Positions 8,126 through 8,294 of a DNA stretch of 8,294 bases are shown piece after piece (position 1 is the stretch's first letter; each line of letters begins with the position of its first letter). The notes below the pieces were generated by a model. It did no database searches. It had not been told where the DNA came from and saw only the letters and a list, made by a program, of their open reading frames with translations. Position numbers and translations under genes: made by a program. This stretch comes from a virus (taxonomy: Duplodnaviria; Heunggongvirae; Uroviricota; Caudoviricetes): IMG/VR virus record IMGVR_UViG_2537561605_000008. One strand, written 5' to 3'.

Positions 8126-8294
8126 GCGTACAGCGAGGGCCGTATTGACGGGGATGTGTTATTCAGCTGGCAGTGCTATGCGCCACGGAAGCAGTTCGCT
8201 GACCCGGTTGACCGGCCAGTCTGCTATGACGCCAAGCACATGGCGAAGGTAGCTTTCTGGATCCACGTCATTCAGTTTGCACGTCCCGATCAGG
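8122..8294 (-). mobile_element. Terminal part of an IS66-family insertion sequence (element continues beyond the window)
   Basis: Begins with GTAAGCG, which I recall as typical of IS66-family inverted-repeat termini. A minus-strand transposase C-terminus ends 37 bp inside this end. It interrupts the preceding phage ORF. Confidence 0.5.
8159..8294 (-). CDS. Transposase C-terminus (IS66 TnpC-like); N-terminal part outside the window
   Basis: Minus-strand frame is open from the window edge to the stop at 8159-8161. It translates as [44 protein letters not shown], resembling the conserved KLNxxDP...ELLPW tail of IS66-family TnpC proteins (from memory). Confidence 0.5.
   Translation of the reverse strand, partial: LIGTCKLNDVDPESYLRHVLGVIADWPVNRVSELLPWRIALPAE

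Noticed and set aside
8126-8294. + strand frame that stays open after the TAA at 8123-8125, suggesting read-through of the small head gene
   Set aside because: This open stretch is the antisense of the transposase C-terminus, and its translation does not resemble a continuation of the head protein.
1-8294. CRISPR array, tRNA gene, or defence-system genes
   Set aside because: No spaced direct repeats, no tRNA-like structure (the gttcgacatcgaac palindrome at 1610-1623 lacks flanking stems), and every long ORF is accounted for by phage lysis, packaging or head functions or by the IS transposase.

Overview
This window reads as the late (lysis, packaging and head) region of a lambda-like cos-type prophage from an enterobacterial genome, all on the + strand, and I see no evidence of a novel defence or other undescribed system. 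Order of features: the 3' part of a GH24 endolysin, an Rz/Rz1 spanin pair (Rz1 nested out of frame inside Rz), two hairpins and about 600 bp of non-coding DNA, a lambda-like cos site, then terminase small subunit, GpA-family terminase large subunit, a gpW-like head-tail joining protein, a lambda-family portal gene, and one long ORF fusing a ClpP-like prohead protease to a major capsid protein. Two lesions suggest the prophage is defective: the portal gene is broken by a frameshift near 5519-5523, and a small head gene after the capsid gene is cut after 25 codons by what looks like the end of an IS66-family insertion sequence running off the right edge. All family assignments come from reading the translations and from memory of the lambda sequence; no database search was run.
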